From Octopus bimaculoides (Eukaryota): a DNA stretch of 64,000 nt. The position numbers were made by a program, and so were the translations under genes. Below, piece after piece: positions 46,743-60,260 of the stretch (the first letter of the stretch is position 1; each line of letters starts with the position of its first letter). A model generated the notes under the pieces. The model was given only the letters and a program-made list of their open reading frames with translations, made no database searches and was not told where the DNA came from. The stretch is taken from contig NC_069002.1 in the NCBI RefSeq assembly GCF_001194135.2, positions 36,455,151 through 36,519,150 on the forward strand, written 5' to 3'.

Positions 46743-49700
46743 TAATTAAAATTACTCTCATAATTAAAAAAAAAGACTCATTAATTAAGTAATTAATTAT
46801 AATCAAGCTACAAAGGGAGACCCTGAAATTTGATTGTAGGTTTACTTGAATGAGTTTGACCTCGAGCTAAAGAACAAAAGGCACATTGTTTAATATGGCC
46901 CAAGGGAAGCTATAACTTAAAAAGAAAAGAGAAAACAGTTAGAGATGGAAACCGTTTGATCATGTCTGCTGACTCAGGGTCGTTCCAGATTTTAACATGT
47001 ATGCAAACATATTTCAATAAATTTTGAATATTATATAAAAAAAGTTAGAGTTGGGGGTATTAGAATAACTGAATATAATTAAGTTGCAGTTTGGGTTGTA
47101 TCTAAAGAAACAAATTCTTTGATAAAATTATGAAAGAATATTAAAATTTAAGAAATAAAACTGTTAAAGGATGATTTTGTATCATGTTACCTCATTAAGA
47201 CTTGGACAAGCTGAACTGAAAAGAGTTAAGCAATAATGAACATGCAAATAAAATTTATATTATTATCAAAAGTATATTATGAGAAATAACCTGGTTATTT
47301 TATTGTTATTTGATTAAGAATACTGTGAACAAAAGAGTAATTGAGTACAGGTTTGTCATAGTCCCATCACTAGTTCAATGAGTTTATGGTGTAAGGGTGA
47401 CTTACCACTATAAATGGGGTGTCTAGGGTATGTCTGTACAACTCAGGTGGAACAAATATCAAAAGGTATTTTTGTTTGAAAGCATCTGAATATAGGTTCC
47501 CTTGTCGATGTTTACCTCTTTTGCACCTGTGAGTGTGGAGGGGAGGGATGTGAACAAGTGTGTATGATAGTTTTTCATATAAGAGTTTTCTCTCTCCTAG
47601 ATGGTTTGTCAGCCAAGACTAAAGAGCAATTATCTGCCTGTTGAGTAAGTTATCTTGCCCCAGACACCAGACTGCCCAAATGATTAAGAAATGTGCTTTG
47701 TAACCACAAGGTCCTGCTTTGATTGCACTGCATGATATCATGGCCAAGTCTCATCAGATGGTTTGTACCTGTAATTCAAAATTACAGCCTTGTTGTAAAC
47801 CATGTCAAGTTGATTCAACGTTAATGGTACATGTAGCAATGGAACCCTCAGCCACTTATGTGTTAATTCAGTGTTAGGTAGATTAGTCGTTAGAACAACT
47901 TAATCCTCATTGTAAAAACCACTAGAAATCCATTCACTTACTATTAATATTTTAATGTTTGTCTTGCCTGGTTTGTACCCATGGCTACATCTTTTCCAGT
48001 CTCACTCTCACCAATCATTAATCATCATTTCTAGTCTTTGGAAGACTAAGCAGCATCAGATCAGTCTTTATTAATGCATCCCACATTTTGCACAATTTCC
48101 ATTTACTTTCTGCATTTAGCACTAAAAAGGTGCAACTATCCATCCAACTAAATATATACACCTGATTTCTCTCATATCTAGTTTCTCTTTCAGTCCATTT
48201 GTTCATTTGATTATACATGTTAACATTACATCTCCAGCAGAGCATGTCTGCTTCATTTCATTTCATTTAATCTTTGCACTACTTACTTTCATTATTTCAT
48301 TTTATTGGCCACAACGGCCTTACGTAGAAGAAAAAGAATAAAGAAAGAAGCTGCGGGCTGGACAAAGACATAATGGTATGTGTAATGAAAGTGATAATAA
48401 TGAATAAGTGGGGGGAAACAGCAACGCCCGCCGATTGCTTGATCCCCTACTTACTTTCATGCGACATTACTGTTCTCACACAAACATCCTTACCATTTTC
48501 TCTGAATGAATAAACCTTTGTTAGCAGCAAAAGTAATTTCTACTTGAACTTCTTTCCTTCAGTTCCCACTCTATTTTTTTTATTATTGTTTTCTGGGTCC
48601 TGGGCGGGTGTGGTCTAGCTTCTCCAATGTTCTTCCCTGCCAGTGTGATGGTGGCTGGTCTTCCTTGTTCAGATCTGGTGAGAAAGACGATCTCACATGT
48701 GGGCTCCTTTCAGTTTCTGTTTATCAGATCCATTCACAAGGCTTTGCTCAGCCCAAGACTACAGCAGAAGACACTTGCCCAATGTGCCACACAATGGGAC
48801 TGAACATGGAACCATGCGGTTGGGAAGCAAGTTTCTTACCACACAGCCATGCCTGTACCTATTCATACACACACACACACACACACGCAATGTCAGGATG
48901 TAGAAGCATTAGGCAAATATTTTGTAATATTACCTGACCAATGCCTGCCTGAATATTAAGACATTATATAAATAATATTGATGATGTTGATCAGGAGGTG
49001 GAGGAGGAGGTTAATAATGAATAAATAATGAATAAATAATGAAGACAACAGGGCATTACAGCAGCATCATTTTTATTTCAAGGAATTTTGTTGCATAGAA
49101 AATACTTTAAATTCTATAATATGTCACCATGGAAGGACCTGATACAATACAATGTGAACAATTATATTTTTACAATGAATTTGAAAAAAAAAATGAAATA
49201 ATATCGACACTTATTAATTATATCTTTGTCAGAGGAGGGAGGGAAGCAGCAATGACGTTTGTTGTGTCTCAATGGTGGGTAGGAAGAACAAGAAGATGTG
49301 ACCGTGATTTATTCTTAGAATGGAGTCCTGCTTGCAACAGAGTGGACTGCTTCTATAAAGTGATGTTAAATGGGGCAGCCGATTAAGCTTTATCTTTCAA
49401 GCACAACAGAATGGACCCTATAAATAGCATCTGAGTATGATCTGGTTGTGTTAAACCAGCTGACAGATTAAGTCTACAACCAAGTGCTAAAAACATCCAA
49501 AGACCAACTGGTAAGGTGAAACAGGACTATAAATTCAGACTAATGTCTTTTTTTATAAATTAATTACTATCTATATAAGATCGACCATATTAAAACATAA
49601 ATTGTTTATCAAATAATCTTTTAAAGAAATCTTGTAAAAACATATCCATAGCGATAATTTTCATAGAAGCTGAAATAAATATTTGGCATTGAAACACTAT

Positions 49701-50769
49701 GTTAATAATGGTATTCACATCAAATGTTCTTGTTGTATTATGAGGACTTGTTCTCTCCAAACACTGTGACACATTAATGCTACAACAGACATTTCTTTCT
49801 TAATCAACCTTTTATTTGGTAGATTACATTAAATATGTTACATTTATGAATTTGTGTTACAAAATTCCTGATGTGAAACTGTCTGTTGAAACAGATATTG
49901 TTATATTTCAGGATGGTCATTTTTTTTTTTCTTTTTGAGAGAATGAACTAAGTGGAGCAGGAAGATACACATGGATGGAAAGGGTTGCTGAAGAGGTCAT
50001 AAATGTGTGCTGAAAGATTTCCAGACAATGGACATAAGATAAAATAAGAACAGTAATAAACAAGTGAAGAACAAATATACAGTGTGTGTGTTTATTTGGC
50101 CCCAAAAAAAAAGAAAAAAGAAAAAAGAAAAAAAAAGAAAATGACCATCCCCTGAAACATAACAAAATTAAATATGTTAACTACCATTTAATAACATTTT
50201 TGTTTCTTTTTAAGGGAAATTTTCAAATGATATTTTAAATGATGTAATCAATGAATATTTATCTCACTCAAGAGTTATACATTATCTTAGTCATTCTGAG
50301 GTCTGATAAATACATGTAAGACCATTCCTTGCTGAAGCAGTCTAACAACATGTCCAGAGTTGTCACAGTACTTACCCAAAATACCTACCCCTGACTCACA
50401 TTCAATTTTTAATCAATTGGAATTTGGGATTTGTTTGTTTTGCTTTTGGCAAGAATTATCATGAGCATCAATTTTGTTTGTCTTTTTATTATGGGTGTAA
50501 ACTTTAATTGATAAAAAAATTTTTATTTGGTTCATTACATTACATTTGGTAAGACTCCATTTAATCATTTAATTATGTTCATATGTGAGGGTATGAGGTA
50601 AATATAACAGAAATGGAGGTGAAATATGTTTTCTTTATCAATGCATCTGTGTTGATATGGATGTCCAATTGAAACTGGTAGAAATTCACAAATCTGAAGT
50701 GAAGGAGGAAATTTGTTTTTGTGTGTATGTATACAAAATACACACACACACACATTCATAAATATATAT

Positions 50770-51170
50770 ATTATTAAACATTCCTTTAGTTATATATTTG
50801 GACAAACATACCCATACTTAATAAATAATTCCTTCAGTTATATATTTAAACAAACAAGTCTCTATTTGGTCAAACATGCATTTAGTTATATACTTGAGTA
50901 AACATACCATTATCTTGTCAAACATACAATTAATTATATATATTTTAGACAAATACACCCTTATTTCATCAAACAGTTAAATATTTGGACAACAAACTTC
51001 TGTTTGATCAAACAGGTATTTTGTTATATATTCAAACAGGTATACTTCTACTTGGTTAAAGGTACATTTAGTTTTGTATTTGGATGAGCATCCATTTGGT
51101 CAAACATACATTTAATTTATATATATATATATATTTGTTCAAAAATACATTAATTTATGTAATAAATATT
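50770..51170. repeat. Diverged ~45-bp minisatellite (caaacatacatttagttatatatttggacaaac...)
   Basis: About 8 degenerate copies. Confidence 0.7.
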
Positions 51171-52015
51171 TTTACATTGGCACAAGGCTATGAATCTGTA
51201 AGGGTGGGATATAGACAATCGGTACTTGTTTTATCACCCATGGAGGGATGAGAGGCAAAAGTCAAATATAAACACAATGGTTTTGGTAATATTTGGTTTG
51301 ACATTCCCTACTTCATACAATTAATCTGTATATGTTACTTTACTGGCTGTGTAATATTTAAAATATTACATGGCCAGTAAAGTAACATATACAGATTTTG
51401 ATACCATCTTTACATTTTAGTTAGTCACTCAGAAAAATCATAAGATATTTGGATATTGCACAGCTTGTAGCAAACATCAGTGATGAAGCTATGAAAATCT
51501 TTTCTCCTGCTCATGTAATATTTGATCAAACATATATGTATTTGTATAATATTAGGATACTACACCACAGCTATTTGTTTTAGAGAATAAATATACACAG
51601 AGATGTTATCCACGAAAAAACAATAGTTGAGTTAAAAACTACCGAGTGATGTATTCTCTGAAATATACTAATCTTTTTACATGTACTCATGCACCATAAT
51701 ATATATATCTAGTGATTCTCCCATCACTACTTTGGTAAGTACATGAAGTCTCAGCTTCACTGAGGAGGGCTTATAAGATCAAACCATATCTGGAGTTGTC
51801 TCTCATATTTACTGTGAATAAAATTAACATGGTATTATTCATTAAATAATGTTGTATTTTCTTCACAGCATAAATACTTTTAATTAGCTTTTTAATTCCC
51901 ACTGCATTAAATATGTTAACATTAACTTAATCAGATATTAAACATCAGTTCTGGTTATATGAAAACATTCACTTATTCATGTATATTTAATCAAAAATAT
52001 ACCCATTATATATAT

Positions 52016-52060
<45 letters not shown>

Positions 52061-52794
52061 ATATATACATTTACATTGCAGGTATAAGATGCAGTGTTGA
52101 TATTTTTAGATTTACATATTTGATGAAAACTCATTTTATTTTTTTTTAATGAATTTGTTCTTATTTAAGTAATATATGACCCAATATACACTCGTTTATA
52201 TTCCTTATAATTTATACAGTGTATAATATTTTCAAATTCATCTTTGGTGAAAATTTGCTTTCTTCATAAAATTTGTTTAAATATGAATTTGTTCTTATTC
52301 ATATAATATCCATAATAATATTTGGTTAAATATGTATTTGGTATTGCACAGCCCATAGAATGTTACAGTGCTGTTATGTATAAATATCTAATATGTGTGT
52401 GTGTGTGTGTGTGTGTGTGCTGAAGAGTGTAATGGGTTCTTTCTGCTTTCATTACTGTACAGTTTCTCCATTGTGGATCATTCAAAAAGTATGTGATGGT
52501 CTACTCTATTTTTAAAGATGGCTATGTACACACATGAATAGGTCATCACATGTCATTTGAACCATCCACAATGGTTAAACTGCAGAGATATGGCAGCATA
52601 ACTAACACATAATACTACTTAACATTACAGCATATATACATATATATATATATGCATAAATACATATACATACATACATACATATATATCTATATATATG
52701 TGTGTGTGTGTGTGAGTGTGTACATGTGTGTGTGTGTGTGTGTGTGCTGTCAAACACTGACATTCAAAGAACACCTGCCATAAAATCAGACATA

Positions 52795-52962
52795 TCAGTC
52801 CACCTGTTTCATTGAACTATCAAGTTCTTTCTCAAGTTGTCTCATAACACGTTGACACCTAAATAATAACAAGCCATCTGGTATTAACTGCTGTAGAATC
52901 TGAATGATACAGTCGGCTTTGTTTAGAATCTCTGACGGTTGGCTAAACACCAGCAGATATTC
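52795..52962 (-). CDS. AP5S1: AP5S1 coding exon 2 (EYLLVFSQPSEILNKADCIIQILQQLIPDGLLLFRCQRVMRQLEKELDSSMKQVD*)
   Basis: Acceptor tttgtttctttcag|GAA, phase 0, TGA at 52797-52795. Confidence 0.92.
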   Translation of the reverse strand, partial: EYLLVFSQPSEILNKADCIIQILQQLIPDGLLLFRCQRVMRQLEKELDSSMKQVD

Positions 52963-52988
52963 CTGAAAGAAACAAACACATGATTATC

Positions 52989-53032
<44 letters not shown>

Positions 53033-56000
53033 TAATATGAATTTTGATCAGATAAGTGAAGCAAAGAGGTTCAATATGGCATGGAATCAGACTGGTTACG
53101 GAAATTTAAAAGTAAAATAAATAAAAGATCAAAGCAAGGGAATATAGATTACTAATTGGAAAGTCTCTGGATGGTAGAGGGGGAGTATTGTATGAAAGAT
53201 ATTTTGGAGGGATTTCTTTGCCCAGAATTGTCAGTAAGCAATTATACTCTATAATATACTTTGTGATGTCAAAAGGGACCAATTAAAAATGTTGAGTGTC
53301 TATGTGAAAGGCCACTCAGCTTATTTTCACAAGTTAGTCAAAAAAAGAAAAGCAGCACCTTGATTATTTTTGAGGCATAGTCATTATAGATGTATTGGTG
53401 ATCTTTCGATATTTATATCGAAGTTTAGCCGGTGTATTATAGCTATGCTATTTAGCTGCCTTTAGTTTGGGGCTGTAAACACAATTAGCCCTACGTAGGA
53501 GCCAGCTGAAAAGTCTGCATGGAGTGCGGATTTTAAGCTAGTATAAAAGGATCTAAACACTTCATAAAACATTAATGAAAAGCGTTGCCCGTCAAATCAG
53601 AAAGATCCAAGTTTAGTTAATAGTGGAAATAGTACAGAATCTTTTGATACCCCATACGTGAAAATCGACAAGTCGGTTTTGGAATGCATAAGGAATAGTT
53701 GCACCCTGAAAAAACCCAAAATTGATCCACACCCCCTCGGGTGCCCGCGCGAAACAATCTCTACGGCTCACAGACAATGAACGGCTAAAACAAGTGAAAC
53801 AGTGTGTTGTATATACCTGTTGTATACGTCGGTCTTGTTTTTTCGCTTTGAAGGTAAGCGATTCTCATAGAAGTGAACACGATATTGAATAATTCTCCGT
53901 CATACGTCTACTAAAAACTTTAACATACTTCCAAAATGGGACTTCGTCTATGTTTATCTACGTGCGTCTATGTGTAGATATGTGTGTGTGTGTGTGTGAA
54001 CCATCCCAACAGCAACAATCATCAACATCTTCTTCATAATATTTGTACCCTTTAAAAAGAAGCAGCTGTTGCTATTTTTCCGAATTTATTTAACATTGTG
54101 TACACCCAGATTGGAATTTTTACTGTTACCTTGCACCAGAGAACATTATAGATTATCTGAAGACAAAACATATTGCCAATGAAAAAACCGTCTGCTTGCA
54201 CATATTCGATGAATTTTCAAAATTCTAGTCGTTCTATTGAAAGGGTTTGTCAATAGAAAGTACGCTAAATGTAAAAGAAAAAACTCATTCCATTAGGAAA
54301 GGTAGATTTACAGAAAACTCTAAGCTGTCATATGTAATTTTTCATTTAGTGTTTGAATTTATTTTCGGATTGGCTCTGACGATATCTGCAAGAATGAATT
54401 GCAATGATATAAAAGCTGCCGTTCAGTGGTACCAGTTCTGTAAATATGTTTGTTCGGCAAAATTACTGCAGGACATTATAGGGAAAATCTTTTCCAAGAG
54501 GGTGGCGAGAGGACTTCGGAAAATTTACAAGATATGAGCTTTTCCTTCGCAACTTTTTAGGATGTATGTATGCCGTTTGAAAGGTATTTCTATAAAATTT
54601 CATTGAAAAAGAACCCATTTTCCTAAAAGGAAAAGCTCGGATTTTGTGAATTTTACGAAGTCCTCTCCCTACCTCCTTGGAAAAGATTTCCCCCACAAAT
54701 GTCATTATAATCGTAATGGTGGAGTTCGATGAAAGCTTGTTCTTCAATAGCAAGAACAATGTAGGACGAATGTGTCGCAAAACTTGGTTTGTCGGATGTT
54801 ATGACACCACACCNNNNNNNNNNNNNNNNNNNNNNNNNNNNNNNNNNNNNNNNNNNNNNNNNNNNNNNNNNNNNNNNNNNNNNNNNNNNNNNNNNNNNNN
54901 NNNNNNNNNNNNNNNNNNNNNNNNNNNNNNNNNNNNNNNNNNNNNNNNNNNNNNNNNNNNNNNNNNNNNNNNNNNNNNNNNNNNNNNNNNNNNNNNNNNN
55001 NNNNNNNNNNNNNNNNNNNNNNNNNNNNNNNNNNNNNNNNNNNNNNNNNNNNNNNNNNNNNNNNNNNNNNNNNNNNNNNNNNNNNNNNNNNNNNNNNNNN
55101 NNNNNNNNNNNNNNNNNNNNNNNNNNNNNNNNNNNNNNNNNNNNNNNNNNNNNNNNNNNNNNNNNNNNNNNNNNNNNNNNNNNNNNNNNNNNNNNNNNNN
55201 NNNNNNNNNNNNNNNNNNNNNNNNNNNNNNNNNNNNNNNNNNNNNNNNTGTTACCTGCTTAAAATTTTGGCGCGAAAAATTACTAAAGGAAAATGGAAAC
55301 ACTTGATGCCATTTCAAAACTGTTTTGCAGCTTAAGGATTATATACCCTGGGATCTATATATCCAGTAATTTTAGCAGGTAGATAAAAGATATTGTTTTA
55401 ATACACTTTCACTTGTTTCAAACAAACACTAACATGGTTTCCTTTTTGTCCAGACATCGTTACCACTAATTTTTATAACCTCAGCATTCGTTTATTGTTC
55501 TTTTCAAACTTTGATTTTTCAATCTAATGTAATTCCACACTCTAGAAAACGTATTTCTGCAAAATGTCATCTTAAAATATGGACCTCTTTCTAGCATATA
55601 GGATGTCCACTTAGTGGTCATCCCTTCTTATACACACACACACATATAGATAGATAGATAGAGAGAGAGAGAGAGAAGAAGAGAAAGTAATAACAAGTGA
55701 ATGAGAATAACTACGGAAGGGTTAAAAAGAAAGAGTAAAAATAATTGAAGATAAAATGAAACAAAAATGAAGCCAAAACATTTCTATAAAAATTCATTGA
55801 AAAAAACTCCCATTTTCCTAAAAGTTACGAAGGAAAAGCTCAGAACTTGTGAATTTTCCGAAGTTCTCTTCCCACCCTCTTGGAAAAGATTTTCCACACA
55901 AATTACTTTATAATCTTAATGTATGCCGTTTGAAAAGTATTTCTATAAAATTTCATTGAAAAAAACTCCATTTTCCTAAAAGTTACGAAGGAAAAGCTCG

Positions 56001-58398
56001 GATCTTTGGAATTTTCCGAAGTCCCCCCTTCCCGTTGCTTTGCGCACATTTATTTTTATATTCGTTTCCTAGACATTGTTTTACACCCATTCCAATATAT
56101 TTTTTGGAGTTTCATTTCCGGGTCAAGATATAAACATTAACCATAATTTCTTCTAATGCAGATGTTTTAAGCATTGTAAATTCAGATTCTTTGAAAAATA
56201 AATATGAAATAGAATGTGTGGAGGGGGTAGATCTTTTGGCCCACTTTATGTAATTTTCGAGGTTTTACTTTCTTTTGAAAAAATTTTTTTTACATCTATG
56301 TTTCAAGAATCTGAAATTGTGATTTTTTTCAAATTACATGTAACATAAATTTAAAAAGTATTCGAAAAGTAAAAACTTTTAAAAACATTACAGGAAAATG
56401 GAGAGAGACCCAACGAAACTCATTTTTCTCCTTTTCTTGTTTTTGCCTGTTTGTTTTCTATGATTCTTCAAACATACATCTACGAAGAAAATAATTTTTG
56501 GTGCACAAATTTCCGATTCTATTCAAATGCGAATGCATGCATGTGATGGGGGTACCATGGTTTTTATGGTGGTGGGCATGGCTGTGTGGTTAGAATAATC
56601 TACTCACGTCCACCCCATTGCACAGCTCTTGGCTAAGAGTCTTCTACTTATAGTCTCAGACCGATCAACGCTTTGTCAGTGAATTCGGTAAACGGAAACA
56701 AGAGTGGAAGTCCCTAAGTCTGTCTGTATGTATGCCGTTTGAAAGGTATTTCTATAAAATTTCATTGTAAAAGAACCCATTTTCCTAAAAGTTACGAAGG
56801 AAAAGCTCGGATTTTGTGAATTTTACGAAGTCCTCTCCCCAACCCCTTGGAAAAGATTTTCCTTACAAAAGTCTTTATAATCGTAATGGTGGTTCTGTTC
56901 GTGTACGTCCTTGTAACATAGCATTTAGGCAAAAGAGACCGACAGATTAAGGACCAGACGACGTGTAAATGCAGAGTCGATTTAATCGACTAGAGACTCC
57001 GACGTGTGCTATAGCATGGCCGTAGGTCAACTACTGAAACAAGTAAAAAGTTAAAAAGTAAAATAGTAACCCCACCACCACCACCACCACTATCTGCACT
57101 GTGACATGTTAAACTGGGTCTATACTGTAAAAACAGGCACACTGTATTTATCGAGTCACAAGATACACAACGATGTTACACCCATCTTTATAGTCACATG
57201 ATAAACACAACTTATAACCAGTAAACATATCGACCATATATCCTCTGCGTTGACAAAACTATTACAGACATGACCAGTCTGTTTTTTAGTATAGATAAGA
57301 TTTCATTAATTTAATTTGGCTGCTATTTCTGGAAGTCGTTCATCCAGCGACTCGCTATGCTAAATTTAAATTCTTCTATAGGGACAAATTATTCATAGAA
57401 AGATTTGTTTTGTCTGCTTAATGTCACAAGGTAAGGGAGAGAAAATGAGAGAAGAAAGGTAAGCAATAGGCAGACGACAGAAAGCAGACGATAGAAAGGA
57501 AACGAACGACAGAATGAAGAAAGTAAGAGGCAAACATAAGAATGAAATAATGTAAATGATAGAAGGAAGAGAGAAAAGTAGGAGAAAGAATGAAAAGTAA
57601 CATTCGATGGAAGAAAGAATGGAATGTAGAAAAAAGACAGGTGGGAGATAAACGAAAGGAAGAAAGCAGACGACAGGAGAAAGAATGAAATGTAGAAAAA
57701 GACAGAGAAAAATAAAATGAAAGGGAAATTTTGTTTGACTTCAGGTCAATCCTGGGAGACTAAACTGATGATGAAAGACATTCAAACCATGACTATTGCC
57801 AGTCTCTCCAGCAGACACCAATATACCGTTTCCAATCGGTGTTCACCGTATATACCAGTATATTCAATCAATATTTTCTTTTTTCTCTAGGCACAAGGCC
57901 CGAAATTTTGGGGGAAGGGGGGCTAATCGATTAGATCGACCCAATACGCAAATGGTACTTAATTTATTAACCCCGAAAAGATGAAAGGCAAAGTCGACTT
58001 CGGCGGAATTTGAACTCAGAACGTCAAGACAGACGAAATACCGTTAAGCATTTCGCCCGGCGTGCTAACGTTTCTGCCAACTCGCCGATTCAATCAATGT
58101 GTACAAACTCTCTTGTCAATCTACATGACAGTCAATGTTTATATTCGAGTTAACAGGTCACTTTACATGTTACAACATGCTAAAACATCGTGGATGCACT
58201 TCACCCCAGACAGATAGGAGAATCTCCATGTGATTACACGGCCTACAAGAAATGGCAACCAAATTTTCATCAAATCAATACACCACATCGTATTAAAAAA
58301 AAAAAAGACAGTTGATTTGATAATGCAGTTCAGTAGTGCAGAGGTTGACTAGTTCTTAAGTAAGAGGAGGTCGTCATGGCAAGAATGCTCCCCCCCCC

Positions 58399-58446
<48 letters not shown>

Positions 58447-58559
58447 TAGACAGACAGATAGATATGTATATATTTATGTATACACACACACACACACATT
58501 GTAACCCTATTGTACATATTGATTCTACACCCATTCAGTGCACATACATGTCTAAACTG

Positions 58560-58598
<39 letters not shown>

Positions 58599-59335
58599 TC
58601 ACCAATTCTAGACCCACACATAACTTTATATGCGCCCTTTCGACTTTTCGACGGAAAGAACCAACGAAGGACCCTACTAGAAAGAGCGGCGGAATCTGTC
58701 CCTACCAAATCTCATCGTCTTAAAAAAAGGGGCGGAGTCAATGGATTATATAGCAGTCCGAGAGGGATAATGCACGATGATAATAAAAGAAAAAGACCTG
58801 GATGGTCATGGCTGGAACGTCATCATACATCTGTGTAGCTAAACAACAATAACAAGAATGAGGGTATTGGAAGTGGGGAAGAAAAATGAAGCGAACCTGC
58901 ACCCACCTGGAGATAGCGAACTATGTGTTTGAGAATAACTTCGGCGATGAGTCGGTTCTCGGTTTTATCGCAGACCAAACTGAAAGCCAGGGTGCCAGCT
59001 CCGTACCAAACGATGACCTTCTCGTCGGCATAGGGAGCGTGTTCGGATAACCTGAGGACACCACACTCCAGTTCGGGTAGCCCCAAGCCATTGTCGATGT
59101 TGGTGGCTCTGGCTAGATCTTCGTCCAATGATCGTCCCGATACGGTTCTTCGGAACTGGTATTCGCCATGAACCACATCTGCGACATACTGCCACTGGGC
59201 CTGCCGGACGCAATGCCATCGGCTTCCCGATTCCTTGATCTCATACGAAGTTAAAGGATCCTGGCGGAATGTCGACGAATGCAGCACAAGACTCGAACCT
59301 GGAAGAAGTGTGTGGATGATGAAGGCGTGAACCAT
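52795..59335 (-). CDS. AP5S1: AP-5 complex subunit sigma-1 (198 aa, two coding exons)
   Basis: N-terminus MVHAFIIHTL matches human MVHAFLIHTL; VIVWYGAGTLAFSLVCDKTENRLIAE matches TVVWLGVLSLGFALVLDAHENLLLAE; C-terminal LIPDGLLLF..RVMRQLEKEL matches FLPHGQLLFLNDQFVQGLEKEF; length close to human (200 aa). Confidence 0.93.
54472..56892. repeat. Cluster of a ~150-165-bp repeat unit (direct and inverted copies) in the AP5S1 intron
   Basis: Copies at 54472-54561 (inverted), 54563-54722, 55780-55918, 55919-56035 and 56724-56892. Confidence 0.85.
56575..57055 (+). mobile_element. SINE family C interrupted by a ~165-bp repeat unit
   Basis: Head 56575-56720, foreign unit 56724-56892, 3' domain 56895-57055. 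Confidence 0.75.
57873..58087 (-). mobile_element. Family A SINE, full length with 11-bp TSD, in the AP5S1 intron
   Basis: TSD ATTCAATCAAT at 57862-57872 and 58088-58098. Confidence 0.92.
58907..59335 (-). CDS. AP5S1: AP5S1 coding exon 1 (143 codons)
   Basis: ATG at 59335, donor CAG|gtgggt, phase 0; GC/CpG-rich. Confidence 0.93.
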
Positions 59336-59512
59336 GACCGTCTGCTCGAAATTATTTTTTAAAACCGGTGAACAATAAACTTAGTCCCTTTTTATATTTG
59401 TTCCAATCGTGTGATCTCTGACGCAGCAGTAAATAACATAGAATCGATATAAGCCAGGGAGAGATCCTCAACTTTTGGTTGCTTCATCTGCTAGAAATAA
59501 TAGCTATAGTCC

Positions 59513-60010
59513 GAGTGATCTGATACTTCAATGCTTTTAAGGATGAAACAGCGGTGTAAGTATGGAATCGATGCGAGCTAATGAAGAATCTATCACTTGT
59601 TTGTGGTTGCTTAAANNNNNNNNNNGAGTGATCTGATACTTCAATGCTTTTAAGGATGAAACAGCGGTGTAAGTATGGAATCGATGCGAGCTAATGAAGA
59701 ATCTATCACTTGTTTGTGGTTGCTTAAATTGCTAGAAATAATAGCTATAGTCGAGTGATCTGATATTTCAATGCTTTTAAGGATGACACAGCGGTGTAAG
59801 TATGGAATCGATGCGAGCTGATGAAGAATCTATCACTTGTTTGTGGTTGCTTAAATTGCTAGAAATAATAGCTATAGTCCGAGCGATCTGATGCTTCAAT
59901 GCTTTTAAGGATGACACACAGCGGTGTAAGTATGGAATCGATGCGAGCTAATGAAGAATCTATCACTTGTTTATGGTTGCTTAAACTGCTAGAAATAGCA
60001 GCCATATCTT
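59513..60010. repeat. 128-bp tandem repeat, ~4 copies, immediately upstream of AP5S1
   Basis: Unit starts at 59513, 59626 (after a 10-N gap), 59753 and 59881; few substitutions. Confidence 0.92.
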
Positions 60011-60152
60011 TCACTATGTGCACCGGGTGTTCTTATTTATTATTTTTTTTTTTTTTTGAAAGAAAGAATGTATTTGATAATGTAGTCTTAGATACAACTA
60101 TTGTACGAATTCTCAATAATAATGTTATCTATGTCAGAAGTGAAAGAACGTA

Positions 60153-60260
<108 letters not shown>

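Noticed and set aside
58374-58838. ORFs and a CpG-rich patch just inside the AP5S1 intron (possible snoRNA or alternative exon)
   Set aside because: ORFs depend on microsatellites; no paired C/D or H/ACA boxes with terminal stems were seen.
59513-60010. Regularly spaced repeats resembling a CRISPR array
   Set aside because: Whole 128-bp units are repeated with no unique spacers; eukaryotic context and no cas genes.
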